From Verrucomicrobiota bacterium (GTDB lineage: Bacteria > Verrucomicrobiota > Verrucomicrobiia > Chthoniobacterales > UBA6821), in contig JAIOPL010000013.1 in assembly GCA_021413925.1 (NCBI GenBank), positions 77,888 through 141,887 on the forward strand: a stretch of DNA of 64,000 nt, in the 5' to 3' direction. The stretch's first letter is position 1. Every line of letters starts with the position of its first letter. Of the stretch, positions 53,548-60,915 are shown in pieces. Under the pieces are notes generated by a model, which saw nothing but the letters and a program-made list of their open reading frames with translations, made no database searches and was not told the DNA's origin. The position numbers were made by a program, and so were the translations under genes.

Positions 53548-55992
53548 TTACCAAGTGAGCCCTTCCATAAAGTCGGCTTTGCCGCCATGGGTTCCACGGG
53601 GGGCCTCTGGCTTCTTGGTTTTGCCTGCACGGGGCTCCTTGGCGATCTTGAAGTCGATCTGCTGTTTGAAGTTATCGACGCGGGCTACCTGGACGCGGAA
53701 CTCGTCACCGGCCTTGAGGATTTTCCGGGAATTCTTCCCGACAAGGCGGGAGCGGGGCCCGTCGAAGATGTAGAAATCGTCGTCCATCGAGGAGACGGGC
53801 ACGAGGCCTGTCATCATCGCCTCGGGCAGTTCGACCAGCAGGCCGTAGTTACGGGCCTCGATCACCCTGGCATCGAAGGAGGGGGCGACGCCTCCCTCGG
53901 TGGCCGCCTCGGCTAGCTTGCTGAAGTACTCCAGCTTCTTGAGCCGAACCGATTCCTTCTCGGCGTCGGCGGCGGTGCGCTCGGTCGTGGAGAGGTGCTC
54001 GCTGACTGGGCCGAGATCGATGGAGAGGGGGCCGTGCTGCTTCGGGTCGAGGTCGCGGGCGAGCGAGCGGTGGGTGAGTAAATCGGCGTAGCGGCGGATG
54101 GGGCTGGTGAAGTGGCTATAGTCCGACTTCGAGAGGCCAAAATGACCCAGAGGATCGGGCGAGTAGCGTGCGCGCTTGAGGCTCTTGAGCAGACCGATCT
54201 TTAGCGCGCTGGCGTAAGGTTTCCCCTTCAGACCATCGAGCAGCTTTTGTAGCTCGGCCCTATTGCTCAGATCGCCCGCCTTCACGCCGTAGGTGGCGGC
54301 TAGCTCCCGGTACTCGTCGAGCTTTTCGGGCTCGGGTTTCTCGTGGATGCGGTAGATGTTCGGCTGGCGCTTGTTCTTGAGATGGCGTGCGACCTGCTCG
54401 TTGGCCAGCAGCATGAGCTCCTCGATGAGCTGGTGGGAGATATCGTTCTCGACAAGTTCGAGCTTCACGGGATGGCCCTCCTTATCCAGCCAGACCTTCA
54501 CTTCGGGCATCTCCAGGTCGAGGGCTCCGGCGGCAAAGCGCTTCTTCCGGAGTGTGGAGGAGCAGTCCCACGCCGCATGGACACGGCGGCTCACTTCGTC
54601 AGTCGGGGGGGATTCGAGCAAGGCAAGCGCCTGCCGGTAGGTGAGGCGCGCGCAGCTCCGGATGACCGAGCGTCCGAAGCGGACCTTGCCCACACTGCCG
54701 TCCCGGTTGATATGCGCGAAGACACTGAAGGCGAGGCGGTCCTCGTCGGGGCGAAGGCTACAGAGTCCGTTGGAGAGGTTTTCCGGAAGCATTGGGATGA
54801 CCCGGTCTGCCATATAGACGCTGTTGCCCCGCGTGCGGGCCTCCTTGTCGAGGCCGGTGCCGTGCTTCACATAATGGGAGACGTCGGCGATGTGGACGGC
54901 CACATCCCAGCCGTTATCAGTGGGCTGGACTTCGATGGCGTCATCGAAATCACGGGCTGTGTCCGGATCGATCGTGATGATGCTGCGGTTGCGAAGGTCC
55001 TCACGGCCCTCGAGATCGCGAGCCGTGATGGCGCTCCCAAACTTTTCCGCCTCAATGCTGACAGGGGCGGGGAATTCGCGCGGCAGGCCGTGCTTATGGA
55101 TGACCGAGAGCATGTCGACGCCCGGCGCGTCGGCGGCCCCGAGCACCTCGACGATGTGTCCCTCGGGGTTGCTCTGGCTGTTCTCCCAGCGGTCGAGCTG
55201 AGCGACCACTTTCTCACCAACTTTCGCCCCCTCGGGAGTGGGGACATAGAGAGTGCGGGGAAAGCGCGGGTCATCGGCGACGACATGGTAGAAATTCGCC
55301 GTCTTCTGCAGCGTGCCGACGATGGGAGCGCCGACTCTCTCGACGACGCGGATGATGCGGCCCTCCTGGCGTCCGTCGCGGCGTGGGCGGCCATGGTAGC
55401 GGGGTTCCTGAATAAGGCGGGCCACGACGCGGTCGCCATTCAGCGCGGTTCCGAGATTATCCGAGGAGATGAAGAGATCCTTGCCCCCCTCCTGGTCTGC
55501 CAGCACATGGCCTGATCCGCCGGCATGGATCTGCAGCTTGCCCGTGAAGAGATCGGCGGTCTCTGGCAGGATATAGTGATCTTGGCGCACACGGACGATA
55601 CGACCCTCCCTCTCCAGAACGGCCAGGGTGTGGTCGAGAAGGGGGAGATCGTCGCGATCCATCCGGAGGGCGCTGGCAATTTTCGGAGCCTGAAGAGGCT
55701 CTCCTTCCCCTTCTAGGAGGCGGATCAGATCGTTGACAAGGCGCTCGTTCAAGCGCTCCCCTCTTTGCGATGAACGGGATGATGGTGGCCGCTTGGCTCC
55801 GTCCTGCTTCCTAGGCTTGCCAGACTTCCTAGGTTTTTCGCCGGAACGCTGGCGAGAGGATCCCTGCTCGACTCGGGCCTTTTCCTGTCGCGGCATGGCC
55901 GGTCTTTCGCCCCGCGGCTTCCCGGATGCGGGTTTGACGGAAGGTTGCGGATGTTTCGCTTTCTTGGGGGAGCGCGGGCTGTTCTTGGGCAC
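53548..55992 (-). CDS. rnr: Ribonuclease R with ~85-aa basic N-terminal extension
   Basis: 814 aa (GTG start; the exact start is uncertain). HTH/cold-shock region, RNB motif ITIDPDTARDFDDAIEV and C-terminal S1 domain (FDARVIEARNYGLLVELPE). The N-terminus is rich in K/R/P/S. Confidence 0.92.
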   Translation of the reverse strand: MPKNSPRSPKKAKHPQPSVKPASGKPRGERPAMPRQEKARVEQGSSRQRSGEKPRKSGKPRKQDGAKRPPSSRSSQRGERLNERLVNDLIRLLEGEGEPLQAPKIASALRMDRDDLPLLDHTLAVLEREGRIVRVRQDHYILPETADLFTGKLQIHAGGSGHVLADQEGGKDLFISSDNLGTALNGDRVVARLIQEPRYHGRPRRDGRQEGRIIRVVERVGAPIVGTLQKTANFYHVVADDPRFPRTLYVPTPEGAKVGEKVVAQLDRWENSQSNPEGHIVEVLGAADAPGVDMLSVIHKHGLPREFPAPVSIEAEKFGSAITARDLEGREDLRNRSIITIDPDTARDFDDAIEVQPTDNGWDVAVHIADVSHYVKHGTGLDKEARTRGNSVYMADRVIPMLPENLSNGLCSLRPDEDRLAFSVFAHINRDGSVGKVRFGRSVIRSCARLTYRQALALLESPPTDEVSRRVHAAWDCSSTLRKKRFAAGALDLEMPEVKVWLDKEGHPVKLELVENDISHQLIEELMLLANEQVARHLKNKRQPNIYRIHEKPEPEKLDEYRELAATYGVKAGDLSNRAELQKLLDGLKGKPYASALKIGLLKSLKRARYSPDPLGHFGLSKSDYSHFTSPIRRYADLLTHRSLARDLDPKQHGPLSIDLGPVSEHLSTTERTAADAEKESVRLKKLEYFSKLAEAATEGGVAPSFDARVIEARNYGLLVELPEAMMTGLVPVSSMDDDFYIFDGPRSRLVGKNSRKILKAGDEFRVQVARVDNFKQQIDFKIAKEPRAGKTKKPEAPRGTHGGKADFMEGLTW

Positions 55993-56068
55993 GCCTCACC
56001 TTCGGGTGCTTTCACGGAGCAAACAAGAAAATGCTTGTACGGGAAGAGAGTCGGCAGAAAGTAGCGAG

Positions 56069-56617
56069 ATGAACTTCCTCCCGATTGCTACCGCGATATC
56101 CCGCAAAAAAGCCTCCGCCTTCACCCTGATCGAACTGCTTATTGTGATCGCCATCATCGCGATCTTAATGGGTCTTCTCTTCCCTGCAGGCCAGTCGGCC
56201 ATGAATTCGGCTAAGAAGACAACCGCCAAGAATCAGATTGTGCAGATTGCCACGGCGATCACTGCTTACGAGACCGAGTACGGCCGGTTGCCATCAAATA
56301 CAGGAACAACTGTCGGAACAAACTTGGCATCCATTCTCTGCACTGCGAATGACACAGTGAACAACCCCCGCGGACTGATTTTCCTAGAGGCTAACGCTTG
56401 GAAAAACGGGAAAGGAGGCACCAACTCATTGGGGTTCTGCGATCCTTTCAGTGCCACAAATGTTTACTCGGTGGCATTGGACACCAATTATTCAAATATT
56501 CAATCCAACGTCGACCTGCGTGGTGGCTTTGGAACTACCAACCTGACAAAACATATCGGAGTCTGGTCGACGCCAAAAGTTGGCAATACAAACGTCCTCA
56601 TCAATTCCTGGGACTAA
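56069..56617 (+). CDS. Prepilin-type N-terminal cleavage/methylation domain protein (type II secretion/type IV pilus pseudopilin)
   Basis: Trimmed to ATG 56069 (MNFLPIATAISRKKASAFTLIELLIVIAIIAILMGLLFP). Classic G/A-FTLIELL pilin leader. Confidence 0.75.
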   Translation: MNFLPIATAISRKKASAFTLIELLIVIAIIAILMGLLFPAGQSAMNSAKKTTAKNQIVQIATAITAYETEYGRLPSNTGTTVGTNLASILCTANDTVNNPRGLIFLEANAWKNGKGGTNSLGFCDPFSATNVYSVALDTNYSNIQSNVDLRGGFGTTNLTKHIGVWSTPKVGNTNVLINSWD

Positions 56618-56624
56618 TTTATAC

Positions 56625-56698
56625 GCGGGTGTGGTTCAATGGTAGAATGTGGGCTTCCCAAGCCTGAGACGAGGGTTCGATTCCCTTCACCCGCTCCA
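56625..56698 (+). tRNA. tRNA-Gly (anticodon CCC), CCA encoded
   Basis: GCGGGTG TG GTTC AATGGTA GAAT G TGGGC TTCCCAA GCCTG AGAC GAGGG TTCGATT CCCTT CACCCGC T CCA. Hand-folded cloverleaf. Confidence 0.9.
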
Positions 56699-56921
56699 AG
56701 ACAAACCCGTTATTTGGTTTGTTGAGCCTAGTAGTAAATGACGTGGGGTTCGATTGATTGACAGCACTTGCCTCCCGGCAAGCCGTGCAGCCCTTTCAGG
56801 GTCCTGCGGTCGCAGGATCTACCGCGCCGCTTCCCATCGGCTTGGTTCGGTCGTTCCCACGACCCTCGCCCTAAAGGGTTTACCTTCAGTCAATCTACAC
56901 CGTGCCTCCCGGCACTCGGTG

Positions 56922-56939
56922 TTCCCTTCACCCGCTCCA
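56922..56939 (+). repeat. Exact 18-nt direct repeat of the tRNA-Gly 3' end (att-like)
   Basis: TTCCCTTCACCCGCTCCA is identical to 56681-56698. Confidence 0.9.
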
Positions 56940-56947
56940 CTTTCCTC

Positions 56948-56967
56948 GGAGGCAAAACGCCTCTTTT
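56948..56967 (+). terminator. Intrinsic terminator
   Basis: GGAGGC-AAAAC-GCCTC followed by TTTT. Confidence 0.6.
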
Positions 56968-57129
56968 GAGCTCATAAATACAGCCTCCACGGGCAATCAG
57001 TAAAAAGGCAGCACTTGTATGAAGTTGCCTGGATTTACCTTTAGTTTGTCAGGATTTGTCAGGAAAATATTGCCGGCCCGGTGAGTGTTGGAATGGCTCG
57101 AGCTAGCCTAGAGTAGCTCCGGTTGGGCA

Positions 57130-58314
57130 CTATTTTTTCAACCACTGATCGACCGGCGTGGAGAGAAATTCCTTCAAAGGTATCCCGTCACCTCCCACGA
57201 GTAGTGAGCGCAGCGGAGTGAATTGTTTCTGGAATGAGGCCATCCCGTTGAGAGCTTCCCTCCGCTTCCCGCTCTTCACCTCGATCGCGACGATATTTCT
57301 TCCCTGTTGAATCACGAAGTCCACCTCCATGTTTCTGTCACGCCAGTAGGTGACTTCAATATCCTTGCCCAGCGTGTCGCCAAGCAGATGGGCCCCCACA
57401 GCTGATTCTACCAAACGACCCCAGGCATTACCGTCCTTTCTAGTTTCCTCAAAGTTCATGCCCGAGGTGACGGTCATGAGTGCGGTATTGAGCACCTGGA
57501 GTTTGGGGCTCGAACCCCGCTGACGAACTTTTCCATGCGAGAATTTTGAGAGGCCGGCGACCATGCCTGCTCCTTGGAGAAGCTGGAGGTAATGAGCCAG
57601 CGTCACGGTGTTTCCGGCATCGGTCAATTGACCGAGCATCTTCTGGTAGGAAAGGATCTGCCCTGAGTAATCGCAGGCCAGTTGAAAGACCCGCCGAAGG
57701 AGGGCCGGTTTGTCCACCCTTGTCATCAGCAGGATGTCTCGTGAGATGCTCGTCTCTACCAGCGAATCCAGAATGTATCTGCGCCAGCGATCCGGTTGGG
57801 AGATCAAGGGGGCGGCTCCGGGATATGAGCCGTAGTAGACGAACTGCTCCACTCCCCATCGGAACGCCTGATGTATTTCAGAAAACGACCAATGGGGAGC
57901 TGCAATGACCTCGAACCTTCCGGCAAGACTCTCTGTCAGTCCGCTTTGGATGAGCAAAGGGGAGGAACCAAGGAGCACCACGCGCAGGCGCACCTTGTTA
58001 TGGGTATCGGCATCCCAGAGCGATTTGACCGATTCCGACCATCCCTGCACCTTCTGGACTTCATCCAGGATCAGCAAGGCATAGCCATTTCTAGCCATCA
58101 GACGCCCTATTTCCCACTGTTGGGCAAGCCACGCGGATCCCTTCAGCGCAGGTTCATCCGCAGAGGCGTAATGGGAGGGCAAATCGAGCTTCTCCATGAC
58201 CTGCCTTGCCAGTGTGGTCTTCCCAACCTGTCGAGGACCTGCCAGCACCTGGATGAAGCGCCTTTTCTCGGACAGTCTTTCTAGGAGGGTATCGTGGATG
58301 AATTGGCGAATCAT
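57130..58314 (-). CDS. AAA+ ATPase with C-terminal DUF4143-like domain
   Basis: 394 aa with an ATG start. Walker A LAGPRQVGKTTLARQV, Walker B LLILDEVQKV. The C-terminal third (EVDFVIQQGRNIVAIEVKSGKR) resembles the restriction-endonuclease-like DUF4143 module. Confidence 0.8.
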   Translation of the reverse strand: MIRQFIHDTLLERLSEKRRFIQVLAGPRQVGKTTLARQVMEKLDLPSHYASADEPALKGSAWLAQQWEIGRLMARNGYALLILDEVQKVQGWSESVKSLWDADTHNKVRLRVVLLGSSPLLIQSGLTESLAGRFEVIAAPHWSFSEIHQAFRWGVEQFVYYGSYPGAAPLISQPDRWRRYILDSLVETSISRDILLMTRVDKPALLRRVFQLACDYSGQILSYQKMLGQLTDAGNTVTLAHYLQLLQGAGMVAGLSKFSHGKVRQRGSSPKLQVLNTALMTVTSGMNFEETRKDGNAWGRLVESAVGAHLLGDTLGKDIEVTYWRDRNMEVDFVIQQGRNIVAIEVKSGKRREALNGMASFQKQFTPLRSLLVGGDGIPLKEFLSTPVDQWLKK

Positions 58315-58390
58315 ACAAATTACTCAGTAACATGAGTGAAAATACTCACAAGAACTATCAATGCTCTATTTCTCTGTCGGAATGCTACGC

Positions 58391-58408
58391 CCCCTCACCC
58401 GCTCTAAG
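58391..58408 (+). repeat. Degenerate third copy of the tRNA-Gly 3' end
   Basis: CCCCTCACCCGCTCTAAG matches CCCTTCACCCGCTCCAAG (56683-56700) at 16/18 positions. Confidence 0.6.
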
Positions 58409-58530
58409 GCGCGTGCTTTTGGCGCCGGACTGTGTTCTCAGCGCGCGCGCTATTTTCCATAGAGCGCTTCGGTTTTCGGCCCTTGTGCGCCCATCAAAAT
58501 CACAGCGACTTGTTGTGATGGATACCGAAA

Positions 58531-58830
58531 TCAGTTTTTTAGCGGAATTTCAGACGCCTTTTCCTTGGCCTCTATCAACTTCAAGCCCTGCTTGGAATAC
58601 ATGGCAACATACATCTTCCGGATGTCTGCATTGCTGGTCTGGACCACTTCTTTGGCCGTCATGTGCGGATGTGATGGCTGCAGATCACTGAGGATCCGTT
58701 TAACGATCGGGTCCTTTGTGGGGTCTGGTGTGGATTTGGAAGTCGGATTCGAGGCCTTGGATTTCGACCTGGCATAGGCAGGTGTCGCAGCAATAAAAAT
58801 CGCGGCTAAAAATGCCAGGAGCCGCTTCAT
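58531..58830 (-). CDS. Small secreted hypothetical protein
   Basis: 99 aa with an ATG start. Signal peptide MKRLLAFLAAIFIAATPAYA, then a K/S/P-rich linker and a helical C-terminus. Confidence 0.5.
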   Translation of the reverse strand: MKRLLAFLAAIFIAATPAYARSKSKASNPTSKSTPDPTKDPIVKRILSDLQPSHPHMTAKEVVQTSNADIRKMYVAMYSKQGLKLIEAKEKASEIPLKN

Positions 58831-58840
58831 TAAGCTGGGG

Positions 58841-59284
58841 CTACTTTTTCAAGGAGTCGCGGATTTCGGTTAGGAGCTCTTCTGTTTTCGTCGGATTTGC
58901 GGCTGCGGATTCGGTTCTTTTCAGCGTGTTGATGGCCTTCACAAGAGCGAATACACAGGCGCTGATGATCACAAACTCGATCACCGTGTTGATGAAGCTC
59001 CCGTAGGCTAGGATAGCAGCCCCATCTTTCTGGGCATCGGCAAATGTGGCGTAGTGTTTGCCGTTAAGGGGAAGATAGAGGTCCTTGAAGTCAATGCCCT
59101 TCAGGACCAGTCCGATCGGGGGCATGATAATGTCGCTGACCAGGGCGGCGACGATCTTGCCGAAGGCGGCTCCCATGATAACGCCGATCGCCAGATCGAC
59201 GACATTCCCGCGACTGATGAATTCCTTAAACTCCCCGAGGAACTTCGTGGAGTTAGCGACGACTTTTTTGGGTTCAGGGATCAT
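58841..59284 (-). CDS. mscL: Large-conductance mechanosensitive channel
   Basis: 147 aa. [27 protein letters not shown] signature. Confidence 0.92.
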   Translation of the reverse strand: MIPEPKKVVANSTKFLGEFKEFISRGNVVDLAIGVIMGAAFGKIVAALVSDIIMPPIGLVLKGIDFKDLYLPLNGKHYATFADAQKDGAAILAYGSFINTVIEFVIISACVFALVKAINTLKRTESAAANPTKTEELLTEIRDSLKK

Positions 59285-59294
59285 GTGAAAAGGG

Positions 59295-59321
59295 TGAAGG
59301 CTAAAGGCTAAAGGCTGAAGG
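59295..59321 (-). repeat. Heptad array, sense (GCCTTCA/GCCTTTA)x4, in the mscL leader
   Basis: The + strand reads TGAAGGC TAAAGGC TAAAGGC TGAAGG. The array is 10 nt from the start codon (59284). Confidence 0.85.
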
Positions 59322-59351
59322 AAAAAATCCTAAGGATTACCTTTCTCTTCC

Positions 59352-59732
59352 CTAACGGGCATGCTGGATCAGCTCCACTTCGTAACCCTCAGGGGCGTCG
59401 ATGAAGGCGATGATCGAGCCTGAGGAGGTGTGATGGGGCCCGTCACTGAGCGGGTAGCCCTTGGCTGCGGCCTCCTTGGCAAAGGCCTCCAGATCCGTGA
59501 CCTCGAAGGCGAGATGGGTGAGGTCCGGCCCGACCACCACGGGGCCGCTGGCGTTATATTCGCAGATCTCGATTTCCTCGGTGCTTCCGGGGGCTTTCAG
59601 AAAGACCAGCTTAGAACCGCGTCCGCTCTCGCTCCGGCGGACTTCCTGCAACCCGAGGACGTCGCGGTAAAAAGAAACCGTCTTCTCAAGTTCCTGAACG
59701 CGATAGCGGGTGTGGAGGAGTTTGGTGATCAT
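59352..59732 (-). CDS. VOC-family protein (glyoxalase I / methylmalonyl-CoA epimerase-like)
   Basis: 126 aa. LLHTRYRVQELEKTVSFYRDVLGL N-terminus and a paired beta-alpha-beta-beta-beta layout. Confidence 0.8.
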   Translation of the reverse strand: MITKLLHTRYRVQELEKTVSFYRDVLGLQEVRRSESGRGSKLVFLKAPGSTEEIEICEYNASGPVVVGPDLTHLAFEVTDLEAFAKEAAAKGYPLSDGPHHTSSGSIIAFIDAPEGYEVELIQHAR

Positions 59733-59746
59733 TTTTTAGAGGATGT

Positions 59747-59770
59747 GACCTGAAGCTTGAAACCTGAAAG
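59747..59770 (-). repeat. Degenerate heptad array (sense TTTCAGGTTTCAAGCTTCAGGTC) in the VOC-gene leader
   Basis: The + strand reads GACCTGA AGCTTGA AACCTGA AAG. The array is 14 nt from the start codon (59732). Confidence 0.75.
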
Positions 59771-59853
59771 AAAATAATTGGTTCGGCATGAGGGGCCCAG
59801 CGACTGGGAACATCCTTGTCTATCAGGCGGATCTTTTCCACCCTTATGGACAG

Positions 59854-60915
59854 ATGTCGTTTCTCCAATCTGTTTACGCAAAACTTCGCCGTCATCCGAA
59901 GAGGATCGTCTTCCCGGACGGAAACGATCCCCGCGTTATTCGGGCGGCTCGAATGTTCAACGACCAGGGGCTTGGTGTGGCGGTGCTTATCGGCAAGCGC
60001 GACGAGATCCAGCAGTTAGCGGCCTCCCATCACGTCTCGCTGGAAAAGGTGGCCATCGTGGATCCGGAGACCTCCTCGGAGATGCCGCGTTTCTTGAAGA
60101 TGGCGGCGGTGCTGGAACGTTACAATGGAATGGCCGAGGGGGATCTGCGCAATTTGCTGATCACCCCGAATTACTTTGCCTGCATGATGTTGCAGCATGG
60201 GCTGGTGGACGGCTTGGTGGGCGGGGTGGGATCGTACTCTGCTTCGCTCTTCCGCCCCCTGTTGCAGCTCATCAAGCCCCTGCCCCACGCGCCGGTTGTA
60301 TCGGGCGCGATGATCATCGAGGTGCCGCGGCACGAGTTCGGCGATGAGGGGGTACTCTTCTTCGCCGACTGCGGCGTGGTGCCCGAGCCGACGGTGGATC
60401 AGCTCGCCTCGATCGGTGTGCAGACGGGCCTTCTGGCTAGGCAGGTTTTTGGAACGACTCCGCGCATCGCTTTCCTCAGCTTTTCCACACATGGCAGCTC
60501 GTCCCACGCCTCAGCGACCAAGATGTCAGCTGCCGCCGCGCTGGCCAAGGAGCTCGCGGTGCGCGTCGGAGGAGCCGCCGGGTTGGATTATCCGATGGAG
60601 ATCGATGGAGAACTGCAGGGGGACACGGCGATCGTGCCCGCTGTCGCGCAGATCAAACTGCCCGACAGTCTGGTAGCCGGAAAAGCCAATGTCCTGATTT
60701 TCCCCGATCTGAACTCCGGCAACATCGCCGCCAAGCTGGTCCAATACCTCTCCGGTGCCAAGGTCTACGGCCAGATCGTGACCGGCCTCTCACGGCCTGC
60801 CGCGGAACTCTCGCGCGGAACTCTGAGCGAGGACATCGCCGCAGTTGCCGCGATCATCGGCCTGCAGGCCATTGAGTACCGTAAGCTCTATCCTCTGGAG
60901 GTTAACGGGCTATGA
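59854..60915 (+). CDS. pta: Phosphate acetyltransferase
   Basis: Trimmed to ATG 59854 (MSFLQSVYAKLRRHPKRIVFPDGNDPRVIRAA). PTA_PTB pattern throughout. The stop overlaps the mpl start. Confidence 0.88.
   Translation: MSFLQSVYAKLRRHPKRIVFPDGNDPRVIRAARMFNDQGLGVAVLIGKRDEIQQLAASHHVSLEKVAIVDPETSSEMPRFLKMAAVLERYNGMAEGDLRNLLITPNYFACMMLQHGLVDGLVGGVGSYSASLFRPLLQLIKPLPHAPVVSGAMIIEVPRHEFGDEGVLFFADCGVVPEPTVDQLASIGVQTGLLARQVFGTTPRIAFLSFSTHGSSSHASATKMSAAAALAKELAVRVGGAAGLDYPMEIDGELQGDTAIVPAVAQIKLPDSLVAGKANVLIFPDLNSGNIAAKLVQYLSGAKVYGQIVTGLSRPAAELSRGTLSEDIAAVAAIIGLQAIEYRKLYPLEVNGL

Larger units (their letters stand above)
56741..56967 (+). ncRNA. Candidate structured RNA (tRNA-Gly 3' trailer) with multiple UCCC-loop hairpins
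   Basis: Hairpins: CTTGCC-TCCC-GGCAAG (56767-56782), CCTGC-GGTC-GCAGG (56803-56816), GCCG-CTTCCCAT-CGGC (56826-56841), GGTCG-TTCCCA-CGACC (56849-56864) and GTGCC-TCCC-GGCAC (56902-56915). An enclosing pairing joins CCCTTTCAGGGTC (56791-56803) and GACCCT..CCTAAAGGG (56861-56878). A terminator lies at 56948-56967. No credible ORF. Strand and function are unproven. Confidence 0.3.
56699..58408. mobile_element. Remnant integrated islet(s) at the tRNA-Gly 3' end (no integrase left)
   Basis: The tRNA 3' end TTCCCTTCACCCGCTCCA (56681-56698) recurs exactly at 56922-56939 and with 2 mismatches (16/18) at 58391-58408. These copies delimit a 223-nt noncoding segment and a 1.45-kb segment carrying one ATPase gene. 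Confidence 0.4.

Noticed and set aside
54343-55515. A 390-aa + strand ORF lies inside rnr. Long antisense ORFs also lie in secA (14816-15565 and 16673-17374).
   Set aside because: They are antisense to genes with full sets of conserved motifs. Their composition (G/D/A/V/L-rich, no motifs) is typical of GC-driven antisense open frames.
56741-56940. Possible tmRNA. The segment has a GGGGTTCGATTGATTGAC start that resembles the tmRNA 5' end and a tRNA-like 3' end.
   Set aside because: It is only ~200 nt long. It has no tag-peptide reading frame or resume codon context. The 5' GGGGTTC cannot pair with the 3' CACCCGC acceptor strand. The 3' part is an exact copy of the neighbouring tRNA-Gly end, so it is better explained as an att repeat.
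56699-58408. An active prophage or integrative element at tRNA-Gly was considered.
   Set aside because: No integrase, excisionase, or phage or conjugation genes lie between the att-like repeats. Only one ATPase gene and noncoding sequence are present, so I call this a remnant rather than a functional mobile element.
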